Part shown: piece after piece, positions 37,331-50,873 of the stretch
Numbering within the stretch: position 1 is the first letter of the stretch
Layout of the letters: each line of letters opens with the position of its first letter
NCBI GenBank assembly: GCA_044892525.1
Contig: CM097885.1
Span: 186,434,001-186,498,000 of the forward strand
Origin: Schmidtea polychroa
Taxonomy: Eukaryota
DNA: 64,000 nucleotides
Direction of reading: 5' to 3'
Notes under the pieces: model-generated
Seen by the model: the letters and a program-made list of their open reading frames with translations, nothing else
What the model was told of the DNA's origin: nothing
Databases searched by the model: none
Program-made: the position numbers and the translations under genes

Positions 37331-39380
37331 AATTGCTGACTCCATTGAATTCGTGTAACTCTTACATGAAAGTAAAACTTCAAAATTACGAATAATAACG
37401 CATTTGCACATTACAAGCACGATCAAGTTTTATTGTAAGAAATTTCCCAGTAAACGATTAGGATTCACAGATACACAAACCCATTGATTCAGAAAATAAA
37501 TTGATAATGATAGAACATCCGGTCGACGACGATCACGATCGTGAAGTCTTAATATTTACCTTACAAAACATTCTACCAGCGTATAAGATAAACATCCTCC
37601 AATAAGCATTCATCATCTAATTCATCTAGTCGGAATTGCGAACGAGAATAACCGAACGAATATTAAATAAACATTGACAGTCAGACCCTGACTCCAACAA
37701 TTTCACAAAATCCAGAATTCAAGTAAACTAACTTAATATGTTTATCAATCACCGAAACAATGTCAATAAATCTGTAAACTAACATAGCGTCAATTAGATT
37801 TCCAAATTAATAAGTCAGTTGACAAGGTTAATTAGAATATAATGTACGAGGAATTTATAACTTCTTGAATAATTATTTAATTTAAAATCAGATCCCCTCC
37901 CTGGTATTTTAACGTAGGTTGTTTTTCTATTTTTATCGCATTCATAAAAATGATTTAAGTCAATTAAAGGGAATAAATGCAGAGTAGATTTACTAGATAT
38001 CTTGTGACAGACCGTCTTACATAACTGGGTCGATAACACCACTCATTTTCTTTTCATACTTATATATAAATATTTTTCCAGTATGTCGGAACCAAATCTG
38101 CCACCAAGCGGCCCGAGATCCTGTTTCACATGTGTCGACAAAAATGCAAATATACAAAGCTACAAGAATATATCGGGGCTCTCAAGAAGCGTATCGATAC
38201 GCTGAAATCGATGTGGTTCTCCCCGCCACATGAAAGAATCTACGATGAAGATTTTGAGATTAGAACATTGTAGGGACAGTCGGCTGGAAGAGAGTAGATG
38301 TCAGAGATTCACTATTAAGGCCCAGTCTGAGGCCCTACATAAAGTTTATACCGAAGCTTAACTAAAAAATCCAGTTAGGGAATATCCGGTCGTGGACATA
38401 GTTAACGTGTACACCTATACACCATCGAATGGATGAGCTGGCGACGGAGTCCTCTTCTAACTGTCAAAGTCAAGGTGCAGGTCTACCTCCAATTGTCAGC
38501 CCTGTCTTGACCGGCGTACCCCGCGCCAAGGAAACATCCGAGCCTAAAGAGTCGGCTGCCACCAATCCAAATATTCTTCCGGAAACCTTAAAATCGGCAA
38601 ATTCTCGGAAAAGGAAGCGCCCTACCCGAGCAGAACGCACAAAAAAACGTAGAGAAGAGGTGGCAACTCTCGAGGCCACTTTACTTTCGGTACAAACTGC
38701 AAAGATACTTTCATCCGACGAAGGCCCGAACGAACCAGTCACCACTGCGGCCTATCGCATAATTCCACCATCTCAAACCGAGCTCAAATCGACCGTCTTT
38801 GGCAGGTTGACATCGACGCAATGATTGCTGGGGGAGATATGATGTATGAGCTGATTTTCATGTAGGAAGCACGCCTCAAGCTCTCGCTACATCAACTCAT
38901 ATGAACTACTTCTGATTGTGAATAATGTAAATTTAATGATTATCTCTGTCGAATTACTTGTATTTTCTAATGAGTCGAATAATAAATATTTCGTGAATAG
39001 TGGCTGTTTGTCAATTCATCTGGCAAGGTCTGATATTGAGAGATGTTTTCTAATAGAATTTAAACCGGTCATTGAATGTCGATTCTTATCACTGTCCCCT
39101 CGGACCAGGAGCAGGTTCATGGTAAATTAAGATGTAAGTCTTTCTATTGGCATTCGAGAATCCGTACTGCGAATGTTACGAATAGTAGTCCTAACGCAGG
39201 GGCTCATCTGTTCGTAAGTTACGACCCATGTGCGCAGCACCAACATGACTTATCATCATGGGCACACATGTGGGAGACCACTGCTAAGTCGTGATGGATA
39301 TTTGAGGAAGACTCGTCCTAGGAGTATTATACTTCCCCATCCTATCCAACACTATTTAATTCAAAAAAGTTATTAAAACT

Positions 39381-39540
39381 TTCTCCTTTAGCACCAATAA
39401 TGGCTTCAATTTTTTCTACAAGCTTAGAAAAGAAAATTGCATTTTTCCAATTTATGAAATCCCCCGTTTATAAACAGAACGTGGATGATATTTTTCTTAT
39501 ATTTGAAAATCAAAGGCATGTTGAGCAATTTTCTCTCCAA
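39381..39540 (+). pseudogene. Penelope-like reverse transcriptase relic
   Basis: SPLAPIMASIF..LEKKI..PVYKQNVDDIFLIF matches the Penelope-type pattern GSPLSP..A.IF..LE..RYVDD. Confidence 0.55.
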
Positions 39541-40734
39541 ATTTTTTGCCGCGCAATTATCATATTAAAGACGCCAGGGAAATTGTCAATGTAAATTTAA
39601 TCACCACCAGCGGGAAACCGAAGGATGTGAGCCCGTCAGATACAAGGGGGGGGGGCTATATCGATAACGTAATAATGACCGATTATGTAATACACACTGT
39701 CGCTAACTGTCCAATCGCGTGGCTATTACCCTAACCCACATGGTGACCTTTACGTAATACACGCATGGTTACTATCTGACCAGTCACGCGGTCATTACAT
39801 CATACACACATTGTCACGAACTTACCACTCGCGTGCCAATTACGTCATATACAAACCTGTTCCTAACTGACCACTTATTGATGACTCAATACCATGGTAA
39901 CTGTGTCGTCATACTTACTGGTCGCTGGTTGCTAACACACACATCTAGTCCAGTACTATTCATACAACAACAACACACACACACATCGACTACTCTATAT
40001 AAGAATCCAGTACTACTCTATGTGAACATCCAGTACTATTCATACAACACACATCGACTACTAGTCTATGTGAGGATCCAGTACTATTCATACAACAACA
40101 ACACACACACACACATCTAGGACACTGGTGATCTATATAAGAATCCAGTACTATTGACTACTCTATGTGAACATCCAGTATTATTCATACAACCGAGTAC
40201 GACCAATGCTAAAATACGACCACTACCACGATCACGATCATGACCACAACCACAACTACGACAGCGACAGCTACTACTACTACTACTACTACTACTATTA
40301 GTTTCTATGTATTATAAATGGATCATTTTCCTTGTTTTATACATTTCATAATGTTTGCATACCTTATATTAAAAATGGTCAATAGATGAAATTTTTCTAT
40401 TGTTATTTAAATGGTACAACACGAAATAATTAATGAAATCACAAAGTATAATAAAATAAATCCCCAAATGGTCTGAAAATTAATATCAATTATTATTTAA
40501 TGATTGTTTACTGCATTTTATGCCAGTAAGTGAGAAAATACTATGAACCTTTAAGTAAAATAATTAACCAATTTTTATGAAAATTTCAATTTATAGCAAA
40601 TAAAGCATGCTGATTCGATCTATATTAAAAATAACATGTAAAAATTAATTTTTGAAAAAAGTCACCCATACTTGGAATTGAACCTCATACCTAACTTCAA
40701 AACCAAAAACCAAAAAGTAAATTCCCACTCAGCC

Positions 40735-40890
40735 NNNNNNNNNNNNNNNNNNNNNNNNNNNNNNNNNNNNNNNNNNNNNNNNNNNNNNNNNNNNNNNNNN
40801 NNNNNNNNNNNNNNNNNNNNNNNNNNNNNNNNNNNNNNNNNNNNNNNNNNNNNNNNNNNNNNNNNNNNNNNNNNNNNNNNNNNNNNNNNT
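40735..40890. other. Assembly gap (156 N)
   Basis: Run of N. Confidence 1.
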
Positions 40891-41387
40891 TGAATTAAAG
40901 TAAATTAAGGGCTAAATTTTTAAAATTAACCTATCAATAGTCTAAAATTTTAAATAAGTAAATTAAAGTAATAATTTTTAATCTATTATCAAAAAGTTTG
41001 AATGATAGTCAGCTTTTGAGAAGACAAATTTAAATGGAAATTTTTATGAAATAATTTTCCAAGTCAAAATACAAATTTATATTAAATTAATTTCAAAGAC
41101 AGATTTCAATTAACCACTACTAATAAAAATAATAGTAAATAAGGGTTATATTTTGTAAATAAGTAAATGAAAAGGGTAAATTTTAAAACTAACTAATAAA
41201 TTTTGAAAGAGAATGAGAATTGAGAGTAATAATTAAATTCAAGTAAATTATGGGCATAAATTTTTAATTAAAGTAATAATTTTTAATCTATTATAGAAAA
41301 AGTTTGAATGATAGTCAGGTTTTGAGAAATGAAAATTTTAATGAAATAATTTTTAAAGATAATTTAGATGCAAATTATACAAATAAA

Positions 41388-41465
<78 letters not shown>
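41388..41465. repeat. (AAT)n microsatellite
   Basis: Perfect AAT run. Confidence 0.95.
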
Positions 41466-41466
<1 letters not shown>

Positions 41467-44172
41467 TATTAATAAAAATAATAATAATATTTTATATTGC
41501 TAAGCATTAATAATGTAATTATATTTGAATATTTTTTATTCACGTATAACAATTAATTAAAACAAATATAAATAATATTATTAGATTAAATTAATTAAAA
41601 TGGAATCGAGAAATGATGCAGTATATCAAATTATTGATCCAAGGGCTGTGGGAAAACATTATTTGTTTGTAAATCATTACAATCAAATATGTTTAAGTCA
41701 AAATTTAAAAGGTCAACCAAATACTTACAACCAAATACTAACAAATAATTACTAATAACTAGACAGCAACAATTTATTTTCATCAACCAGTAACTTAGGA
41801 ACAAGTATTTACAACAAAATATCATTTACCATCAACTAGGTACTTACAACTAGAATATTAACAAAATATTCTTTTAATTACAATCAGTAGAAAACTTTTT
41901 CTCAGTAAAATGTCTAAATTTAACAAAAATGATGATTTGCGTCAAATATGAATGAGAATAATTGTCAACTCAAGTCGTTAAAAACATCACATGGAATTGA
42001 ATATAATTTAAATATTTTAAAATGACAACGAAACACTATAAAGTTCTATTTTTTTCCCCCGCAAAACATTCTTCTAATTGATTACTGCTGACTTATTATT
42101 ACAAAGTAAAAATTGCATGCTTATTCAATAAATAGTTTTTGTTAATTCGATTTATTATATATAGTCTGAGTTTATCCGACAGGTTGTTTTGACCCCCTGT
42201 GGGTATTGATCGTAAGTGTATTGGTCGTAAGGGTATTGCTAACACTCAACCCCCACCTACCCATTAACTAGATACTAAGTACCAACAACCAGATACCTAC
42301 AACTAGATACCAAATACTTACAACCGACAACAACCAGGTACTAAGCATTATCAACCTACAACTATATAACAACAATCAGTAAACAACACTGTACCAACTA
42401 CCAAATACAAGATACCAACAACATAGTATCATCAACCAGTAAAAACAATCAAGTACTAACAAATAGATCTTTAAAAGAAAATCCTCTTCACTTGCAATAT
42501 CGGTCGCACTCAACCCCCAACCTACTCATTAATTAGCTACCATGTACTAACCACTAGGTTTCAAACAACAAAATACTAAACACTTACAACTGACTACCAT
42601 GTACTAACAACTACCATCAAAACCTATCGAGAAATTAACAAATATCAACCTACAACTATATAACAACAATCAGTTAACAACACAAGCAACCAACTAGATA
42701 CCAAGTACTTACAATCAACTAACCACACACTTATTCAGTTTTCAATGTTGCCGCTATATGTAATTTTAAACAACTGCTCACGACAATCTACAAAAGACTG
42801 ACTGCCTGCTGCCATTATCTTTTCATCGCGTTTTAAATGAAAGTTGAACACACATGGCTACGTGTCAGGTTGCCAAATTGTCACCATGGCAGGAAGCAGT
42901 ACATCATTAAACTAGAGAGGTATCTTAATTGCTTGCTAGCATCGAGTCAAGGTCGGTCCATCCACTGAAGCCCTGCTTGTCTTCCTCTATATTATCATGG
43001 AATGTTTCTGTTTAATGTAATTCTAATAACATATATTATAAATTATATGTCTTTGTAGGAGGGTTTTATATGCATATATATCAATGAATGTTTTATCATG
43101 GAACTGATACAATGCCTGCTTGTCTTGAAGACTGGAATGCCTCTGATGCTCAGATGTTGTCATCTCATAGATATCATGAAGCTCATTCCCACGTCTCTTT
43201 CACATCCTGTAGAGTTTGATTAATGTTTTTTCAGCTGATTAATGTATTCTAAATTCAAGATGTAATAACTCAATGTCAACAACATTTCTGCAGGGAACGG
43301 GTTTGATCAGCCTCCAGTATAGGTATGTGGAGGCTGATAACAATCGGATATTCAGCTTCTGTCTGAAGAAGCTGAGAAATCCTCAAATATATGTGGCAAT
43401 TCTAATTTTGAACGACGTGGATTTGTGGATTTGTGTTGTGTTTCTCAGAGGAGCTACATTACAACAATTGAAGTGGTCCAGTTTGCCAGAGAAAAGATAA
43501 ACATATTGAAATCGCAATATTAGGGATGCTAAAAGAAAAAGTAAAAAAATATTTTCGCGAGTGTGTGTTATGTTCTTTTGCTTCTGGCACCAATTGTTAT
43601 GTGACTTTTAATATATCATGTTAATGTATATATGATGTTAAATATTGTTGTATTATAGAAAAGCTTGTAGATCCTAGCAGTCTCCTTTAAAACTTGTGTC
43701 GGGACTGCTGAGGTTTTTGTGTGTGGTTTAAAAATAATATACAACAACCATAATATTACAAAATTAAAAAACAACAAACAATAATAATGATAAAATCTTT
43801 ATTATAGCAAATGTTTGTGTTTCCTGGGTTTCTGAGATTCATTGTAGATCATTCATTGTAGTATAAGGATCCAATTACATGAGTTAACACCAACGAAATC
43901 ACAGGTTTTTGGTCTGCTTCAAAAAGAAAATTTAAAACTATGAATGGTAACCACGTAAGTAAATTGCAGAGTTACATAGATAGATATCTTTTGAGAAAGA
44001 GTTTTATGGGGAACTTGGTGGTTTTTGGAATTTGATTAGGTTGCTTGCAATAAATTGATTTTACTTTTATTTTGTGTTATTTTTTAATTTTCTTTTTTTT
44101 CAAAATCTTATTAAAAAATAACTAAATTAAAATAATTTAACTTATAGCCATTGATTTTCATTTGCTTTTTAA

Positions 44173-44930
44173 CCCTTTTAGTGTGTTCCCCGACTATACT
44201 TGTCAACAGTACTGCAAGTCTCCTACACAGCGTGAACCCAGACTAGATTCGACCAAAGCAAAAAATACATTGAATATATAGTATATTGTTATTGATTGTT
44301 ATATATTGAAATATTTATTAAAAATGACATCAAGAAAATGCGGATTATCTGCACAACAAATACATTATTTCTTAGATGAGACTGACATTTTTTTATTGAC
44401 AGTGATGAAGATGCCAGTAGTGACAGTAGTAGCGGCGTGGATAGTGATGACATGGTGGTGGTAGTAATGAAACGCTTTATTATGTAAGTGACGACGATTT
44501 GATATGGTCTCTTACAGCGTGCGCGTCTGACTTTCACTGGAGCTCCTGGGTTAAAAAATGTCGTCGCTGATAAAGATGATCCATTGCAATATTTTGAACT
44601 TTTATTTACTCATGACATGATTGATAGCATTGTCACAGAAACCAACAGACGAGGATTACAACTGAGCTCTCAAACAAATCTAAAAACCCGGTCTAGGATG
44701 CGTCAATGGAGAGAAGTCGATGACGCTGAAATCCGTGTTTTCATAGTTATTTGGTTATACCAAGGAATAGAGCAGAAACCGGAAAATTAAATGTTCAGTA
44801 CTACAAAGCCATTGCTGGAAACACCATACACACGGAAAATAATGTCCGAGCTGCGATTCGACTTGATACTCAAATGTTTACATATTGTTGACAATTACAC
44901 TCTTGTTAGATCTGATTCACCAGCTGAGAA
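44173..44930 (+). mobile_element. piggyBac 5' fragment (left end plus transposase N-terminus)
   Basis: TTAA-CCCTTTT end at 44169-44179, then FTGAPG, PLQYFELLF..IVTETN, WREVDDAEIRVF..QGI..P, TP..RKIMS..RF..ILKCLH..DN. Confidence 0.75.
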
Positions 44931-46504
44931 TTAGAATCCAAAATAGAATCCAGAAATAGAATCCAAAGTGTGTTAAAATATTCAACAGTGGTAAAGTAGA
45001 TATGCTCGGTATAAAAACATTGCCTTATGATTTATTTTTTTAAAAAATTATTAAAGATATTAAATCAGTAATTGATGACATGGAATTTTTCCTAAATTAA
45101 GTTACAATATGAATACATCATCCATGCATGGATCCAATTGGTTGATGGTGTATATCTTATGGTATATCATTTATTTAGTAATAGTTGAAAATGTCAAATT
45201 TTTTTTCAAATGGTATATTTTGATTATTGTTTTTTAAATTAATAATTTTTTTATTGGATTCTTATTCGAAAAATGGGTGAACTTTATACGAATATTTTCA
45301 AGGATTTATTCTATTGGGCATCAGAGATTATTCCATTAAGGACATGGATGTCAACCGGCATAGATTTAAATTTTATCTTGTTTGATCACTTGATAACGTT
45401 AGACGGAGATCTTGATACTGTTGACAACAGTAACAAGCCACCAGTAGGCTCATACAAATGCGAGGGGTGCGTTTTGATAGACAGAAGAACTCCAAAATAT
45501 GGCTATTACGAAAAGAGTTGAGAAAAGCTCACTTTTCATCAATTGTGGATAAATAATAAATGTTTAGTTCATGTAATGTCTTGTTTTTTAATGTAAATTA
45601 TTGTATGTAAATATTTTTTATTTGTTAGTGTTACTTGTGATAGTACACTATTTTACTTGTGATATCATAATTTATTATACGTGTTAATTCAATAATTATA
45701 GTTGAAATATATTAAACAACTAATTTGCAATACATCTGCAAACCATGTATGACTCACGTACAAAGGTCACACAAAACAGGTCATTGATTCACACACGCAT
45801 GTTGTTTGCATTAATTTGATTAGTTATATACAAGTTTAAATAAGAGATGAAATGACATGATAGTTATTAATTTTTAAAATGCAATGCAAAAAGTTTTTGG
45901 GGATAAATCATTTTCTAATTTATTGAAAGAAACAAGTTCAATTATGAAAATAACTAAGACGAAACCGGTTCAAATCAAGAAAGATCTGAAACCAGTAAAA
46001 ATGTATCATAAATTTTGTGTGATATTTGAAAGGATATGATTGTTGTAACTATGTCGTGTGTGAAGAATTGTAGAACCCAACAGAGTCACATTCAAAAATT
46101 GTTTTGGAAAAGTTGGTAGTAAGGAAATCTCACTACTGATAAATGAAAGAGGAATAATCTACCAGTAAATCAAATGGATTGGTCAAACTAAAAAAACTTC
46201 GGCAATTTATAATCTCATTAAATGGAAAATAAATAGGGAATTCTTTAAGGGATTAGAACTTTACCCAGAAATGTGAAATTAATTAAAATACCCCAGAATT
46301 GAGATTACAATAAAAATAATTTTTATTTTAAATAAAATTATTAAAATTTTTTTAAAGTATTAGATTCTGTATCCCGTACAGCATTAAAATTCGGAACACG
46401 GATGGGTTTGTGTTTCTATAATAAACTTGATGAAAAAATAAAATAAAACAAGGAACCAATTTTAAAAAAATTGGAATTCGAGGACGAATTCTAATTATAC
46501 ATTA

Positions 46505-46680
46505 CCTAGAATGGAGAAAAACGATGAAGCTGAAGATGTAAAAGAATGAAGATTGGAGAGAACTGTTTTCACTTTGACACGAGAAATCAATCGAGTTGCG
46601 AATTTAATGGAAGGACAGAAATCTGACGAGGAAGTTTATGCAATCAGACAAGCATTAGAAGCAAAATATATCCCAACCGG
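46505..46680 (+). pseudogene. Fragment of a sister Gypsy family (RNase H-integrase linker)
   Basis: RMEKNDEAEDVKE*RLERTVFTLTREINRVANLMEGQKSDEEVYAIRQALEAKYIP aligns with RMELEPELEDIKEGRLEGTIFMLTREANTLSDLVEAQKNDDEINMIRQAIEAKAIP from about 21110-21275. Confidence 0.75.
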
Positions 46681-48189
46681 GATTGTTCATTTGTGAATTA
46701 ATAAAACACGATTTGGATTCAGAGTGAAAATTTAAATTTACAAATATAGCCCAAAATATTTAATTACACCTAAACGTCAGAAAGTTTATCTTTTGGAGTC
46801 AGATAAAACCTATTTTTAGAATCTAAATCAAGCCCACTAGATCGATTCTAACACATTCATTAAAATAATAAATCTGGGAGCCCTTAGAATCCACACGGGT
46901 ATGTCATTAATAGGGTTAAGTGATATAAACCATTGAGCATCAGAGTAAAATCATGGGCAATACAAATTTTATTTGATACATCAAATCGAAATCAGGGGCA
47001 AATCAGGAACATTGTACATGCAAACTCAGCGCCTAAGTTGAATTGCCGAAAGGCCCAGAGTCAATGCATAGACATGAGAAACCTACAACTCCAGCAAATG
47101 TCTTGACGAGGATAAAAGTGAGTACAGCTCAACAACCATGCGATGAAAGCACTCCAAAAGTCGGCTCTATTTGATATAGCCTCAAGTGGAGTGACTTCCC
47201 CGACGACAGTCCAACCACCGAAAAAAAATAAAATATTAACGTCACGAAAGTTGACTGAGAAATTCATGGAATATTAATAAATTACCTGGATTCATCGTCT
47301 TTCTCTACCTCAATGTCATAATCCTGTTGTGTTAAAACAGACCCACTAACATACCGATTCCTTCCCGGCGAATGACCAATTAGTCAACCCACGAGAGCTA
47401 AGAAAAATTCCAATAACTTCAATTCACGACATACAGAACATATACAGACGAACGACGGGAAGAGTGTGCATTACACATAAACTCTAATTTAAAAGTAAAC
47501 ACTAGGAGGGAAATAGTCAATTCAATAATCAATCAATTCAAATAACAATTATCTTACATGCCGAATTAAAGAAGCACATCGAATCAAAAACCGGAAACCT
47601 CGAGCCGGGAATAAAACAAGTGCATTATAATTCAACTTTGCTTTTATATCAAATCCTATGATACCGAAATTCTTTCAAACTCTCTATTGTCGCTGTGTGA
47701 AAGTTGTTGACGAAGTGTTTAATGGTGTTATTGTCCAAAGTTGGGAGATGATTTCTGTTATAATAGCCGGTGCAGAATCATTAGTCGGAGTCAACATTTC
47801 TCGTGTCGTAAAAATGTGAAAACCAATTGTTTCGCAGTGGATAGTAGATTTTTTAAAAAACCACATCCCGTTCTCAAAATTAGTCTGTCACTTGAAAGTT
47901 CACCTTGCAGTGAACTTCAGTTGTGTGGTACGACTCGCTTGTATTCCGAGGAATTTTCAACTATTATTATTTCGATTTAATATGTATTCTAGTATTCCCC
48001 ATCGGAGCCAATGAGTAGCTAATTTAGTCGAATGTATAGAGCGGAGATATTGCGACTCTGCGTTGAAAAAATATTTGTGAACGTGATCTGTGGAATGTAC
48101 ATTTCAGCTTCTACTGTCGGCCGGGTTCATTCAAATGGTGTTCGTTTTCCGAGATAGTGAGTTACATCCTTTATCGCCCGTAATACAGG

Positions 48190-49522
48190 TTTCACTTTTG
48201 ATTTAGAAAATGATCATGATGTACTGCCGTACTTTAGACTATTTATTAATGATGAATTGTTGGATTTGTTGTCTGTGGAAATAAATAAATATGAATAATA
48301 ACCAACAACCGCATCTCGTCAATGAAAATCAGTTCAAGAAATGAAATAATGATATATTTGACAATAAACATAATCCAGGGTATTCTCAAACTACCAGAGA
48401 AGAAAATGTTTTCCATGGCCTGCCAAATTGGTTTGTCGCTGATGGATATGTTATTAGATAAAGAGAATTATCTAACTACTGACAATTTTAACATGTCATC
48501 AGAACTCTCAGACAACTTGATTTGACATCATACAGACTCCATGGTACACTTAAGTTAAACCAAAAAGGCTTACCCCAAAATTAAAACCAAAATATTGAAG
48601 AGAGAAATATCAGCTTTTCAAAAAAAAATTATGGTTATGAAGTGGAAGGATAAAAGATGTATGCTTATTATCAACCATTCAACACCGAAACTATCACCAC
48701 GCATAAAAAAGATAAAAAGATAAACGCATAAATGGGGGGAGGGAACGAAATATTCAAGCCAAAGCGAGATGTTGAATATAACAATGGGGGGGGGGGGGGG
48801 AAATAGATCGTCTAGACTCTAGACCAACATATACAAGACAATGGAATAACACTTAAGACAATAAGAAGAATTAGAAAAAATATTTTTCCACTTTTTGAAT
48901 GTAGCACTATAGAATTATTTTGTGCTCTAAAAGAAAAGAAGGGAAACGACAAATATACAGTATCGGTAAACACTCCAAGAAGCTTATAAAGAATTACCAC
49001 TCCGATCAAAATTTAAAAAAAAACAAGGTCGGCCACAAAGAGCCTGGATCACTGATACTAACGGAAAGCCAGGTGTGCTTGAAATTTATTTAGTGCACAT
49101 ACAAAGGGAGAAATTGATTTTGCTAGCTGCACTAATCGAGATAATTTAATTTGATTTCCAAGAAAATTTGATTTTTCTCGAACTAAATTTTGGTAATTTA
49201 ATTTTATATATTTTCTTTGAAATTAAGTTTAATCGGAAAATTACTTATTATTTTTTTGGGAACTTCAGAGAACTTTGGTGCAAAGGGGAAATTACATTCC
49301 CAGAAGAGTAGTAATTTAATTTGTTATTTATTCTGTCTTGTAGAACCCCAACAATTTTTTATGTATTTCTTTTATTAATTAACACTCACTAGGCGCTATA
49401 ATATCAACTTTCAGTCCCATTTTGAGCCCGAAATGGATTTTATGAATATTATAAATTCAGTAAATAAATTCATTCATTAAAAAAATATAGTTTTTTCATT
49501 TTTCCATTTGTTAATGAAGGGG
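48190..49522 (+). mobile_element. Degenerate piggyBac element (transposase pieces plus right end)
   Basis: YFRLFINDELL, LLDKENYLTTDNF, MKWKDKR..LLST, FKPK..VEYN..MGG..D..DQ. The terminus ...gaagggg is followed by TTAA at 49523-49526. Confidence 0.7.
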
Positions 49523-50198
49523 TTAAAAGTGTTACCTTAAAAACTAAAAAATAACGTAATTGAATTATATACTTTGCATTTTTGGAATAAAATTTATGAA
49601 TACATTTGTTGGGCTAAACTTCGAGAGTGTCGAAAATCGGGCTAAGAACGAATAAATAGGATAAAACAAATTTTCAATAAAATCACGAGAAATATAAAAA
49701 TAACTAAAGCAGATAACAATAAAAGAAATAAGAATATAAAAGAAATAAAAATAACTAATAAAACAATAGAATGCATGAGGCGAAATAAGGTGAAATTACC
49801 CAACACACATGGTAGGAAAAGGAAAAAACATAAAATAACAAAAAACGTAAGAAATAAACGAGAAATTTAAGAAAATAAAATAGAAATCCTCAAATAAATG
49901 TATAGGCGAATTAAAACAAAAATTGTATTACGATAAAATGACAATAAACGCGCAGGAAAAACGGGAGGAAAATAATAAAAAAAAAGAAGGAGATAAAAAC
50001 CTTGAAAAGAGAAATAAGACACTTGACAGACAAGGTCCAGGAGAAAGATAGACAACTAGAAATGTTGCCGGAACTCCGACATAGAGTCATTAAAGCGGAG
50101 TCTAAATTAATGCGAATCCGGGAGAAAAACCCTAAAAAGAAACGACAAAATTAAAACCGACAAAAAGCGATGTATATAAATGTGTATAAAATTACTAA

Positions 50199-50873
50199 AT
50201 GTATATCAGTAGTATGAAAAACAAACCGATCATAATAATTCTGATGATGGCAATAATCCTTGATCTGACAAGGCGACAACCCGTAAAGCCCGAAATTGAA
50301 CATATTCGAGACAGCAGAAAATCCCACCAAAAGACCGAACCAACAGCCAAATCATGCATCTATCCAAGTATCATAAAAACCCGTCTTACCGACAATATTC
50401 GAGCCACCCGAACGTACGTCAACAATATCAGATTAATGTGTAATAACCACCCCATGTGCAAAATCATTGATAAAAGAATCCTGGACCAAATTCACCAACT
50501 CGATCAGCTAGAACAACAGGTCCAACATCAAGAAATACAAAACCCAGTCGAACCAGTAGAAATCGCCAAAGAAATAAATGACCACCATGAACTCCTCTAC
50601 GTGGTAATCGTCGAAACCACCGTAATCATGGTAATCATCCTCCTAAAAATCCATAATATCTACCAAGTTTGGAAGAAAAGTCACCCCGTACCGGAAAGAT
50701 CGTCTCGAAGATCCCAAGAAGCTAATATGGCTGACGTAATCCAAGAAAATCTCCGACAACGAACCTCCATCGCAGAAACAGTCAGACCGTCCACAAGTCG
50801 CCGAATATACTACAACATCGAAACCCAACAACCAAATCACCCATCATCAACGGCAACTGAACAACAAACATAA
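50199..50873 (+). CDS. Array ORF, full-length 224 aa putative type I membrane protein (unit 1)
   Basis: Hydrophobic N-terminus (PIIIILMMAIIL), Q/E-rich helical ectodomain, TM LLYVVIVETTVIMVIILL and an S/T/R-rich tail. TATA-like tatataaa lies just upstream. Expression is unproven. Confidence 0.5.
   Translation: MYISSMKNKPIIIILMMAIILDLTRRQPVKPEIEHIRDSRKSHQKTEPTAKSCIYPSIIKTRLTDNIRATRTYVNNIRLMCNNHPMCKIIDKRILDQIHQLDQLEQQVQHQEIQNPVEPVEIAKEINDHHELLYVVIVETTVIMVIILLKIHNIYQVWKKSHPVPERSSRRSQEANMADVIQENLRQRTSIAETVRPSTSRRIYYNIETQQPNHPSSTATEQQT

Noticed and set aside
33338-41510. Poly-Y and poly-N ORFs (33338-33526 and 41304-41510) and the X-containing ORF at 40672
   Set aside because: Artefacts of microsatellites and the assembly gap.
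44173-49522. A single piggyBac spanning both fragments
   Set aside because: The left end (ccctttta) and right end (ccccttca) differ, and both fragments contain the same N-terminal transposase region, so they are two elements.
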